A DNA stretch of 64,000 bases, taken from the NCBI GenBank assembly GCA_963826905.1, contig CAWGZA010000003.1:282769-346768 (forward strand), given 5' to 3'. Made by a program: the position numbers and the translations under genes. The stretch is from an uncultured Planctomycetaceae bacterium (GTDB lineage Bacteria; Planctomycetota; Planctomycetia; Isosphaerales; Isosphaeraceae). The first letter of the stretch is position 1; each line of letters starts with the position of its first letter. The notes under the pieces are model-generated. The model ran no database searches, was not told the origin of the DNA, and saw nothing but the letters and a program-made list of their open reading frames with translations. Below, piece by piece: positions 9,180 through 18,944 of this stretch.

Positions 9180-11181
9180 GTGGGCGACGACGGCATGGCG
9201 CATCTGGACCCTGCTTCGATTCTTGGACCCGGCGGCGCCGTGGCTCGCCGGCTGCCCAGGTACGAACTGCGCACCCAGCAGCTCGAGATGGCCAAGGCGG
9301 TCGCCCGGGCCATCGAGCGCCCGGGCCATCTCGTGGTCGAGGCCGGCACCGGAGTGGGCAAGAGCTTCGCTTACCTTGTGCCGGCGATCATGGCCGCGGT
9401 CGAGCAGAACAAGAAGGTCGTCATCTCCACGCACACGATCGCGCTCCAGGAGCAGTTGCTGCGCAAGGATATTCCATTCCTTCGATCGGTCATGCCGCAG
9501 GAGTTCTCGGCCGTTCTGGTCAAGGGGCGGTCGAATTACATCAGCCTGCGCCGGCTTGATGTCGCGGGGGCCCGGGCCGGCGGAACTTTCCAGAGACAGG
9601 AAGAGTTCGATCAGCTCGGCGAGATCAAGCTCTGGGCCAACCGCACCAGCGACGGCTCGCGCTCCGACCTTGAATTTCGGCGCGCTTCCCAGCGTCTGGG
9701 ACGCCGTCCAGAGCGAGAGCGGAAACTGCCTGGGCCGCGATTGCCCGAGACAGAAGGAATGCTTCTATTTTCAGGCCAGGCGCCGTGCCTGGTCGGCCAA
9801 CTTGTTGATCGTCAACCACGCCCTGTTCGTGACTAACCTGGCGCTCCAGTCCGCGGGCTTCGGGTTCTTGCCGAAATACGACGTTGTCATCTTCGACGAG
9901 GCCCACACGCTCGAGGCCGTGGCCGGCGAGCACATGGGCTTGCAGGTCTCGAACATCGGCGTCGATATCACGCTGGCACGGCTGTACAACGACCGCAACG
10001 GCAAGGGGCTGCTGGCGTTTCACCAGCTCCAGGAGGCCATGGACCAGGTCCAGAATGCCCGCATCGCCGCCGATGATTTCTTCGATCAGATCGCCCGGTG
10101 GCAGCAGCGCCAAGGAAAGGACTTCAACGGCCGGGTCCGCCGCCCGATCGGCTTGCCCGGCACGCTCAGCGAAGAGCTGCGCAAGCTGGCCACGGCCATC
10201 GGCCAGGGAGCGGCAAAAGTCGAAAAACCGGAACATCGGATCGAGCTCACGGCGGCCCAGGGCCGGTGCATGGACATGGCGACACAGGTTGCGAGCTGGA
10301 CCGGCCAGATGGCCGACGACCAGGTCTACTGGGTTGAGCTGGAAGAGCGAACCCGGCGCCGGGTTCGCCTGGCCTCGGCGCCCCTCGACGTGGGCCCCAG
10401 CCTGCGTGACCAGCTCTTCGACGCAGTTGCGACCTGTGTGCTCACCTCGGCCACGCTGTGCGTTGGCACGCCGCCCAGGTTCGACTTCCTCAAGGCCCGT
10501 CTGGGATTGACCGCGGCCGAGACCCTGGCGCTGGGCAGCCCCTTTGACTATCCCAACCAGGTGAAGATCCACCTGCCCCGCAACCTGCCCGATCCTTCGA
10601 GCCAGCCTGGCGATTTCGAGCGGGCGGCGATCACGGCCATTGCCCACTACCTGGAGCGAACCCAGGGCAAGGCATTTGTCCTTTTCACTTCGTACAAGAT
10701 GCTTGACGCCGCGGCCCGGGCACTGACTCCCTGGCTGGCCGAGCGGAACATCGCCCTTTTTGCCCAGAGCGACGGGCTGCCCCGGTCGAAGATGGTCGAG
10801 GCGTTCAAGGCTGACGTCAACAGTGTGATCTTCGGCGCGGATAGCTTCTGGCAGGGGGTGGACGTGCCCGGCGAGGCTTTGTCGAACGTGATCATCGTCC
10901 GCTTGCCCTTCAGTGTTCCCAGCCACCCGCTGCTGGAGGCCCGGCTCGAGGATATCCGCAAGCGGGGAGGAAACCCGTTCGTCGAGTACCAGGTTCCCGA
11001 AGCCGTGATCAAGCTCAAGCAGGGCTTCGGCCGGCTGATCCGCACCCGGACCGACCAGGGCATCGTGGTCATTCTCGATCCTCGCGTCATGACCAAGCCC
11101 TACGGGCGAACCTTCCTCGGCTCCTTGCCCGACTGCCCGCGCATCGTCGAGCAGCTCGACCTGCCCGGCGCTCTCGGCTGA
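9180..11181 (+). CDS. dinG: DinG/Rad3-family ATP-dependent helicase with one frameshift near 9665
   Basis: DEAD_2 N-terminus (VVEAGTGVGKSFAYLVPAI...VISTHTIALQEQL), an FeS Cys region (GNCLGRDCPRQKECFYFQ), VVIFDEAHTLE, and helicase C-terminus (FTSYKMLD...FWQGVDVPGEALSNVIIVRLPF). Reading frame 0 -> 1 switch. Confidence 0.8.
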
Positions 11182-11210
11182 GCTGTAACCAGGCACTCTC
11201 TGCCGCATGA

Positions 11211-12356
11211 TCAATCCTCGTGGTCGTCCACGGCATCGTCCCCCGTGAGCTGATGGAATCCCTTGGTCCGCCGCATCCAGGCGCTGGTTTGCCAGTTGTC
11301 CACGGGTTCGCCCGCGGGCAAGACCGGCGGCAAGGACATCAGGAACCTGATCGAGAGGGCAGTGACAAATGGCTCGTACATTGCCCGCAATTCCTTGAGT
11401 CTCGACTCGACGGCCTCGCCTTCGTTCAGCTTGAGACCCGACGTCGCCAGGAGGTCGCGCAGCGCCTGCCAGCGTTCCGGAGAGAGCCGATCCTCGGGCG
11501 GATCAACGGGCGGGGCGTAGAACGCCTGGGCCAGGTCGACCACCACGTGCCGGCCCATGGCAAAGGCCATCCAGGCCTGGGAGCGGTCGTTCCTGGGAAC
11601 CGCCGCCACCACCAGGGCCGAGGTGTCGAGGATGGTTGTGAGCGCGGCCAGCCACGACTGGTTGTCGTGCTGCGAGCGGTAGAGGCTGAGCACGGGGAAC
11701 GAGATGTGGCTCTCCAGGACTTCTGCCGCCCAGCGCTCCCATTCTCCGAGAAATTCGTCGAGACGATCGAGGTTGCTGAACCGGGCCAGGCGGCCCAGCA
11801 GGGTCGCGGCCGTGGGCGGTGACCCGGCACGCGCGTCCAGCAGCGAGATCGCCAGTTCGCGGCGAGAGAAGGCCTGGTAGAGCACCGGAAGGTAACTGAT
11901 CACCAACGCCAGAAAGCCGAAGCCGACGCCGGTCTCGACGACCGCCAGTAACCGCCCCAGATGGCCGGTGGGTATGACATCTCCATACCCCAGCGTGAAA
12001 AAAGTCACGCCGCTGAAATAGGCGTAGGTCCCCAGCCCCGCGGCACCGACCTGACCACCGAGCGGCGTTCCAATTGCCCAGTGCAACAGGGCAAACCCCA
12101 CGATCAACGCCACCGCCCAGGTCGCGATCAGAACGAGGATCGATAAAGGGCCGAACAGGCTCAAAAATGTGTTCCTGCGTTTGTCGGATCGAATCCGCCT
12201 GGCCACCGCGGCCCAGGGATCCCATGAATAGACATAGAAAAAGCGGGCGAACCGGAACTGACGTCGGACCCTGCGCGGCAGCAGCATCGTCTCGAACGTG
12301 TCGACGAGTACGATCAGAATCAGCAAAAGGCTTCCCAAGGCCAGCAACGTCGTCAT
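11211..12356 (-). CDS. Potassium-channel family protein, pore with TLGYGD selectivity filter
   Basis: TM helices flank FFTLGYGDVIPTGHLGRLL, followed by a cytoplasmic C-terminal domain. Confidence 0.75.
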   Translation of the reverse strand: MTTLLALGSLLLILIVLVDTFETMLLPRRVRRQFRFARFFYVYSWDPWAAVARRIRSDKRRNTFLSLFGPLSILVLIATWAVALIVGFALLHWAIGTPLGGQVGAAGLGTYAYFSGVTFFTLGYGDVIPTGHLGRLLAVVETGVGFGFLALVISYLPVLYQAFSRRELAISLLDARAGSPPTAATLLGRLARFSNLDRLDEFLGEWERWAAEVLESHISFPVLSLYRSQHDNQSWLAALTTILDTSALVVAAVPRNDRSQAWMAFAMGRHVVVDLAQAFYAPPVDPPEDRLSPERWQALRDLLATSGLKLNEGEAVESRLKELRAMYEPFVTALSIRFLMSLPPVLPAGEPVDNWQTSAWMRRTKGFHQLTGDDAVDDHED

Positions 12357-12906
12357 GTGCGCCCTCCCGGGCCCGGTGCTCTCGACCCCTCATCCGGCTT
12401 GTCCCCGGCCTGGCCATCGTGCCCGGTGTCATGGTGCCGGCGCCGCAGGTGGACCCGGCTGAGCTTGTCGCGATTGGCAATCAGGTAAATGGCAATCCCG
12501 ACGTTGATAACAAGAACGGCGATCCGCAGCGGCCTGGGCCGTTCATAAATCTCGTAGCATTCCAGCGGGATCAGCGAACTGGTCGCAATGATCGTCAAGA
12601 ACGCGCCCCAGCGCTTGCCCATCAGAAGCCCGGTTCCCTCGAACGCGTGCAGCGTCGCGTAGAATAAGGCTCCCGCCTCGATCAGATGGAGCTGCCTGGG
12701 CTGGAGCCTTGAGATCCAGGAAATCACGCGCTGCACCAGCCGGTTCTCGGGGTCCAGGCGCAGGTGGCGAATAAGCTGCTCAAGGCTTTCGGCGACGTCG
12801 CTGCGGAACAGCCGGAAGAGGCCGAAGCCCACCGCCAGGCCGAGCATTGCGGTCACCAGCTTGAGCACTCCGATAATCTGAACACCCAGCGGACCCCGGA
12901 GCCTGC
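12353..12906 (-). CDS. DUF2127-like membrane protein
   Basis: Multi-TM protein. Probable TTG start at ~12906 preceded by AGGGAGAG. The longer ORF-track version would overlap the upstream gene. Confidence 0.5.
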
Positions 12907-12944
12907 TCAAGATCAACGGTCTCTCCCTTCCGGACCGATCCCGA

Positions 12945-13913
12945 TTACTGAACCAGCCGCTGCAGGATCGGCTCGATCTGATCCTTCCCGGCGAGATCTC
13001 GCCGCCATTCGTCGGGAATTCCTGACTCGCCGAACCAGGCTCCCGCAAGCTGGCCGCACACGGCGCCCGTCGTGTCGGCATCGTCACCCAGGTTCACCGC
13101 CCGGAGCACCGCCTGGCGAAAGTCGACGGCATCGTGAAAGGCCCAGAGTGCCGCCTCGAGCGATCGCACCACGTAGCCGGACCCTTGAATCTGCGGAGGC
13201 TTGCTGGTAAGGAAACTGCCCTCGGCGACCTCGAGGATTTCGGGATGAAAAGGGAATCGCTCGTGAACCCTCCGAACCGGCTCCCACTGCGGATCGATCA
13301 TCTGTTCACGCGGCAGTCCATTGACCAACCCGGCAAGCAGCACACCGAAATAGGCGCAGGCCGACAGGCATTGGGGGCTGGCATGAGTGGGACGGCTCGA
13401 TTCGATGAGTCGCTCCGCCAGCAGCTCGAGCTGGTCGGGGAAGAGTCGAAAGTAAGCTACGGGAACGGGAGCCAGCCGCATGATCGACCCGTTGCCGCTG
13501 GCGCGCGGCGACGGATCTCCTGAAGTCCACGGGTCACCGGTCTCTCGGTACTGTCGAAGAGCCCGGACTGTGGTGATACCGATATCGAAGACCCGGCCGT
13601 TGACCGAATAGATCCCCTTGGTGTACCAGTCGACGTATCGCTCTGCCTGATCCTTCAGGTCCCAGCCGACCTTGGCAATACTATCGGCCAGGGCCAGCGC
13701 CATGCTGGTGTCGTCGGTCCATTCGCCCGGTTCCAGGCGGTGCGGTCCGCCCGCCCGAAATCCCGTGACTTCGGGGAACGAGCCGGCGGGCTGGAACTCG
13801 ACCGCAGCGCCCAGGGCATCGCCGATCGCCAGGCCGAGAATCGCCCCCCGCCGCCGGTCTGTTTGTCTCTGGTCAAGTGCCACGGCAGTACCCATGATTT
13901 GAGTCGGGATCAT
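12945..13913 (-). CDS. ADP-ribosylglycohydrolase family protein (DraG/ARH3-like)
   Basis: GAILGLAIGDALGAAVEF...TDDTSMALALADSI...GDDADTTGAVCGQLAGAWFG is a classic ADP-ribosylglycohydrolase signature. Start assigned to the ATG of MIPTQIMG. Confidence 0.8.
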   Translation of the reverse strand: MIPTQIMGTAVALDQRQTDRRRGAILGLAIGDALGAAVEFQPAGSFPEVTGFRAGGPHRLEPGEWTDDTSMALALADSIAKVGWDLKDQAERYVDWYTKGIYSVNGRVFDIGITTVRALRQYRETGDPWTSGDPSPRASGNGSIMRLAPVPVAYFRLFPDQLELLAERLIESSRPTHASPQCLSACAYFGVLLAGLVNGLPREQMIDPQWEPVRRVHERFPFHPEILEVAEGSFLTSKPPQIQGSGYVVRSLEAALWAFHDAVDFRQAVLRAVNLGDDADTTGAVCGQLAGAWFGESGIPDEWRRDLAGKDQIEPILQRLVQ

Positions 13914-14294
13914 GCAGCATCCGTGCGGAGCTTTCCGAATGAATGAGGTTGGAATCAGGCTCGCATTGTAACGCCCCGTTCCGAAGCTCGTTCCAGTCGC
14001 CATTGCCACTCGTCGGAGCCTGGACTGTCTATCTCGTGCCGCTCGTTTATAATAACTTAGCGTGCTACTTGGTGGTTGCTACGCTCGGCTTGATCAACCA
14101 AGTCTCGATAGGGGGCGCAGGCAGTCGAGGTGCTCCACTGAATCCGCCATTGAAATACCAAGGCACCGCTGGATAGAACCCCTTATCCGAAAGATCCGAG
14201 AAGCGCTCCCGCTAGTGCTACGACTCCAGATGGCGGATATGTCGACATCCGATACGCAAATGGGACCCTTCACGTTGCACCCGATGGCCCACAC

Positions 14295-14525
14295 ATGCAT
14301 CCAAAAGTGCTTGGCGGCCCTCAATCTGCCTCATACGCGGACGACATGACCATCGAAAACGGCACGATCTCCGATCTGACAAATCTCTCGGGGACCTTCC
14401 GATTCACGAGTAAAGCTGGCTTGTTGGATGCCGCGAAACAGTTGGAGAGTCAAGGCCTGACCATCAACCCAGGTGCGGTTCGGTTCTTTCCGCCAGATGG
14501 ATCTCCTCCTGTCACACTGCGCTGA
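14295..14525 (+). CDS. Orphan small ORF (76 aa from ATG; the open frame runs back to 14154) in a lower-GC islet
   Basis: Protein-like composition (…GGYVDIRYANGTLHVAPDGPHMHPKVLGG…TINPGAVRFFPPDGSPPVTLR). It ends 37 nt before the receiver-domain gene. No recognisable family. Confidence 0.25.
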   Translation: MHPKVLGGPQSASYADDMTIENGTISDLTNLSGTFRFTSKAGLLDAAKQLESQGLTINPGAVRFFPPDGSPPVTLR

Positions 14526-14561
14526 AGGCAATCCTGGCGGAACAAGCAAGGGCTGTGGATC

Positions 14562-15041
14562 ATGCCGATGAAAATCGTAATCCTTGAGGACGATAAAGGC
14601 CGCGCCGAGGCGATGCTCGACCGCCTGGCCGATCGATTCTATCAATTCGAGCATGTGTTCTTTGATTCGGCCGCTGAAGTCAAAGAGTATTTAGAAAACC
14701 AATTTGATGATGTGATTGCCTTGTCGCTGGATCACGACTTGGAATTGAAGGTGGATGCCGCCGGAGCAACGCACGATCCCGGTACTGGACGCGAGGTAGC
14801 GGACTATTTGGCAACACGTCGTCCACTCTTTCCTGTCGTTATTCATTCGACAAATCATCTTGCTGCAACTGGCATGGAAATGGTCCTCAAAGAAGCAGGC
14901 TGGCGAACTTGCCGAGTCTCTCCCTACGGTGACCTGCAATGGGTCCATGAGTCTTGGTTCCCTGCTATCCGCCGAGCCATTGTGAGGGGGAAACCGGGGA
15001 ACAGAGACGGGACGGGGAGCGAGCAAACCTCGGGGACATAG
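14562..15041 (+). CDS. Stand-alone receiver (REC/CheY-like) domain protein, possibly cREC-type
   Basis: MKIVILEDD (acidic beta1), DDVIALSLDHDL (beta3 Asp), VVIHSTNH (beta4 Thr), Lys after beta5. No output domain. The DHDL motif is suggestive of the cyclic-phosphate-processing REC family. Confidence 0.55.
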   Translation: MPMKIVILEDDKGRAEAMLDRLADRFYQFEHVFFDSAAEVKEYLENQFDDVIALSLDHDLELKVDAAGATHDPGTGREVADYLATRRPLFPVVIHSTNHLAATGMEMVLKEAGWRTCRVSPYGDLQWVHESWFPAIRRAIVRGKPGNRDGTGSEQTSGT

Positions 15042-15257
15042 GGCACACTCTAAAGTATCAGGGAAGGGCCTCCCAGTCTTGCCTTTAGAGGCCGGAGGGG
15101 TGGCCCAGACACGCTTAATGCAGCAAGAGTGGATGACCCCTGAATACTTACACGATCTACGATATTACATTCAGATCCCGGTTGACCCGGCCGGGATGGG
15201 AATCGGTGCTCGCGGCCAGGTAGCGAGAAGGGGCCACCCACGCTCCGGTACCTAGGG

Positions 15258-15317
15258 AAAGACGGATGGCCCAATCTCGCCTTCTCAGGAAAAGACGGAT
15301 GGCCCAGTCTCGCCTTC
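15258..15317. repeat. Two-copy tandem direct repeat, unit AAAGACGGATGGCCCA(A/G)TCTCGCCTTC, period 33 bp
   Basis: Visible in sequence at 15258-15284 and 15291-15317 with one mismatch. Too few copies for CRISPR. Confidence 0.6.
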
Positions 15318-15650
15318 CTGGTTTCCTTGGAAGGAGGTCTGTCTTCGTGCCCTCCGAGCCGAAGCCGAACGGCAGGGATCCCGTTCGGCTGGGCCGCGGC
15401 CAACAACCCTCCGGCAGCCGCTGTGGGTGGACCTTTTGCCGCCGCCCCTGACCACGGCGGAGCAGACCGCGAAGGCCGTGATGCGAGCCACGTCGATCGG
15501 ATCGATCGAGCCGCGCCAGTTCAGTCTCCAGAAGCCTGTGGAGAAGCGGCATCGGGCAAGCGTAAGTGATCTCGGCGACTTGAAGGCCCGTCACCTGCTG
15601 GAGTACGATTGACGAGGTCGGCTTGTGTTTGGAAAGGAGATGGCCAGGTC

Positions 15651-16342
15651 ATGTCCGATCGCAGCACGACGGTTGACTCCCCCCGCACGCTCGTCGAGGG
15701 TCAGCGGCTCGACCAGCCCACCTTCCACGCCCTCTATCAAGCGACGCCGCCCGGCACACGGGCCGAATTGATCAACGGAGTGGTTCTCATGCCCAGTCCG
15801 GTCGGGCCTCCGCATGGTCGTGCCACCCTCCTCACGCTGATGTGGCTCGGTTTCTATCAGGCAAACACCCCGGGTGTCGAGGCCCTGGTCGACACCTCGA
15901 CGGCGATGGGGCTCAAGAGTGAGCCTCAGCCCGACGCCCTGCTGCGCATCCTGGCCGAGTGCCGAGGTCGCACTCAGGCCGATCATCGATTCGTACATGG
16001 TGTCCCCGAGCTACTCGTAGAGGTTGCCCATACGTCCCGGTACACCGACCTCGGCCCGAAGTTTGAGGACTATGAGCGCGTAGGGGTGCTGGAATACGTC
16101 GTGGCGCGATCGAGCCCGACGAGGTCCTCTGGTTCGTGTTGCGACGGGGTCGCTTTGTCGATCTATCACCTGGCCCGGACGGGATCTGCCGCTCGGAGGT
16201 CTTTCCGGGACTGTGGCTCGCTCCGGACGCGCTTTTGGCGGGCGACATCCACCGGCTGCAAGCCGTCGTCGACCTCGGCTGCGCCACGCAAGAGCACGCC
16301 GACTTCGTTGCGCAACTGGCCGCGGCCCGGAACAATTCCTGA
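15651..16342 (+). CDS. Uma2-family (DUF820) PD-(D/E)XK endonuclease with one 1-bp frameshift near 16112
   Basis: N-terminus LVEGQRLDQPTFHALYQATPPGTRAELINGVV, PELLVEVAHTSRY, then the frame switches to ...IEPDEVLWFVLRRGRFVDLSPGPDGICRSEVFPGLWLAPDALLAGD. Confidence 0.7.
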
Positions 16343-16820
16343 GTTGATGGGCCGAATGTGGGGTGCAAAGGGCCCTTGGCTATTTGTCTCGGGTTTTTGG
16401 ATAATCTCGGCAGTTATCGCCGTGAGATCTATCTGCCCACCAGGTTGCCCTGCCCCGATCGGTGCGCGCTCTGGCCCGGGGGACACTTCAAGCAGGGAAG
16501 CAGCTTCGCCTTCTCGGCTTTCCACATCTTCGCATCCTCGGCCTTGCCGGTTGCCTCCCGATCACCAAGTTCCTGGCCGGTTCCAACAGACTGTGGAAGA
16601 AACCTCCAAGCCCTGCCAGCACTGGATTCTAGCAAGTCGCCGTGCCGAGCAGACTGGACCTCTCACGATATCTTTGATCAGCCTCTAGGATCAATCTTCC
16701 TGGTTTTATAGAATACATTTGGCATTTTTCCGGAGATGGGAGCTTACCTTCGGTTACCAACACGAGTTCGGGCGCGCCGGTCGGGCACTTGCCGGTGGGC
16801 GTGCCGCGATGGGGCTGCGC

Positions 16821-17653
16821 ATGCTGGCCAAGCGGATCATTCCTTGCCTCGACGTCAACCACGGCCGGGTGGTCAAGGGAACCAACTTCCTCAACCTTCG
16901 TGACGCCGGTGATCCGGTGGAAGTCGCGGCGCGGTATGACGCCGAGGGGGCCGATGAGCTTGTCTTTCTCGATATCACCGCCAGCCACGAAGAGCGCGAG
17001 ATCCTCTGGGACGTGGTCCGCCGCACGGCCGAGGTTTGCTTCATGCCGCTGACCGTGGGGGGGGAATTCGCAATCTGGACGATATCCGGGCACTCTTGAA
17101 GGCGGGCGCCGACAAGGTGTCGATCAACTCGGCCGCCGTGCGCGACCCTGATCTGGTGCACCGGGCCGCGCGCAAGTTCGGCAGCCAGTGCATCGTGGTC
17201 AACATCGACCCCAAGCGCGTTTCGCGGGACGGTCGCGAGGTCTGGGAGGTTCACATTAACGGCGGTCGAATACCCACCGGGCTGGAGGCCGTGGCCTGGG
17301 CACGCGAGGTCGAGCGATTGGGTGCCGGCGAGATCGTCCTGACCAGCATGGACGCCGACGGCACGAAGAACGGCTACGACCTGGAGATGACCGGCGCGGT
17401 GGTCGAGTCGGTGCAGGTTCCGGTGGTCGCTTCGGGCGGAGCCGGAAATCCCGAGCACCTGCGCGCGGCGCTGGCCGACGCCGGGGCCAGCGCGGCTTTG
17501 GCCGCGAGTATCTTTCACTACCGCGAGTACTCGATCGCGGCCACCAAAGAGTACCTGGCGCGGCACGGCGTGCCGGTGCGGCTGGTCGTCCCGAGCGGGC
17601 GGGCCCACGCACCTCCGGACGAGATGGCCGCGGCCGCGGCCCGGCGGGAGTGA
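16821..17653 (+). CDS. hisF: Imidazole glycerol phosphate synthase cyclase subunit HisF, 1-bp deletion in a poly-G run
   Basis: [23 protein letters not shown]...LTVGG then [27 protein letters not shown]...[12 protein letters not shown]. The frame break falls in the G8 run at 17057-17064. Confidence 0.85.
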
Positions 17654-17761
17654 GGGATTCCCGGACCAGCCGCGCACGACGTAGCCAACCGATCGAGACT
17701 CAGACCGCATCCCTGAATCACCTTCTTTCCTACCGCACTTGCGTCCCGAGGAGTTCGAGCC

Positions 17762-18913
17762 ATGTCGACCGCTGTGGAAGCTTCGCTGGATACCATCACC
17801 AACGAGCCCGAGGCGAACAAGCTGTTCCGGATGGTGATGAAATACAAGGGGTCGGACCTGCACCTCAAGGTCGGTTTCCCGCCCTCGATGCGGCTGGCCG
17901 GCGTCTTGCGGCAAATGCAGCTTCCGCCGCTCAGCACGGCCGACATGGAGCGGCTGATGTACCCGCTGCTGTCGCCGCGGCAGCGGGGCATCCTCGACGA
18001 GGAAGGCGGGGTCGACTTCGCCCATATCATCTTTGACGGCGAGCTCGAAACCCGCTTTCGCGTCAACCTGTTCAAGCAGCGCGGGCGGCTCAGCCTGGTG
18101 GCGCGGCGAGTCAATAACAAGATCCCCAGCTTCGAAGATCTCCACCTGCCGGCGGTCCTGGCCGACATCACCCAGTACGACCAGGGAATCATCATCCTGG
18201 CGGGGGTGACCGGGTCGGGCAAGAGTACGACAATCGCCTCGATGCTGCAGTACATGAACGAGCACGAGCGGCTGCACATCGTCACCATCGAAGACCCGAT
18301 CGAATATACGTTCAAGGATGACAAGTCGATCATCAACCAGCGCGAGGTCGGTATCGACGTGATCGACTGGGACGTGGCCCTCAAGCACGCCGTGCGGCAA
18401 GATCCGGACGTCATCCTGGTGGGCGAGATGCGCGACCGCGAAACGTTCAGTGCGGCCATGCACGCGGCGGAAACCGGACACCTGGTGTTCGGCACGATCC
18501 ACGCTGGGACCGCCCCCTCAACGGTCGGCCGGCTGCTCGACCTGTTCCCGCGCGAGATGCATTCCTCGCTGCGGCAGTCGCTGGCGTTCAACCTCAAGGC
18601 AATCATTGCCCAGAAGCTTTTGCCGACGACCAAGGAACTGGCCGCCAAGGGGACGACGCGGGTGCCCACCAACGAGATCATGCGGATGAACCCCACGGTC
18701 AAGAAGCTGATTCTCAACGAGGAGGACACCAAGCTTGGCGACGCAATCCGGATTGGCAAGGAAGAAGGGATGATGGATTTCACCGAGAGCTTGCGGCTGC
18801 TGGTGATCAATGAGAAAGTCGAGCGTGCCACGGCATTCGAGGTCGCTCCCAGCCCCGAATCTTTGAAAATGGCGCTCAAGGGGATTACGATCGCTCAACC
18901 TGGTATTCTCTAG
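17762..18913 (+). CDS. pilT: Type IV pilus retraction ATPase, PilT/PilU family
   Basis: Walker A GVTGSGKSTT, then IVTIEDPIEY, and LVGEMRD...TGHLVFGTIH, typical of PilT. Confidence 0.9.
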   Translation: MSTAVEASLDTITNEPEANKLFRMVMKYKGSDLHLKVGFPPSMRLAGVLRQMQLPPLSTADMERLMYPLLSPRQRGILDEEGGVDFAHIIFDGELETRFRVNLFKQRGRLSLVARRVNNKIPSFEDLHLPAVLADITQYDQGIIILAGVTGSGKSTTIASMLQYMNEHERLHIVTIEDPIEYTFKDDKSIINQREVGIDVIDWDVALKHAVRQDPDVILVGEMRDRETFSAAMHAAETGHLVFGTIHAGTAPSTVGRLLDLFPREMHSSLRQSLAFNLKAIIAQKLLPTTKELAAKGTTRVPTNEIMRMNPTVKKLILNEEDTKLGDAIRIGKEEGMMDFTESLRLLVINEKVERATAFEVAPSPESLKMALKGITIAQPGIL

Positions 18914-18944
18914 AGTCAGTGAAGCTCCCAAGAAAGGTCTGCTA

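Noticed and set aside
14100-14560. Possible tmRNA or other ncRNA starting GGGGGCGCAGG in the low-GC spacer
   Set aside because: No tag-peptide reading frame, no T-arm (GGTTCGANTCC) and no CCA-adjacent acceptor pairing are recognisable. The region more plausibly contains a small protein ORF.
15258-15317. Possible CRISPR array
   Set aside because: There are only two 27-bp repeat copies separated by 6 bp, with no spacers and no cas genes. It is a simple tandem duplication.
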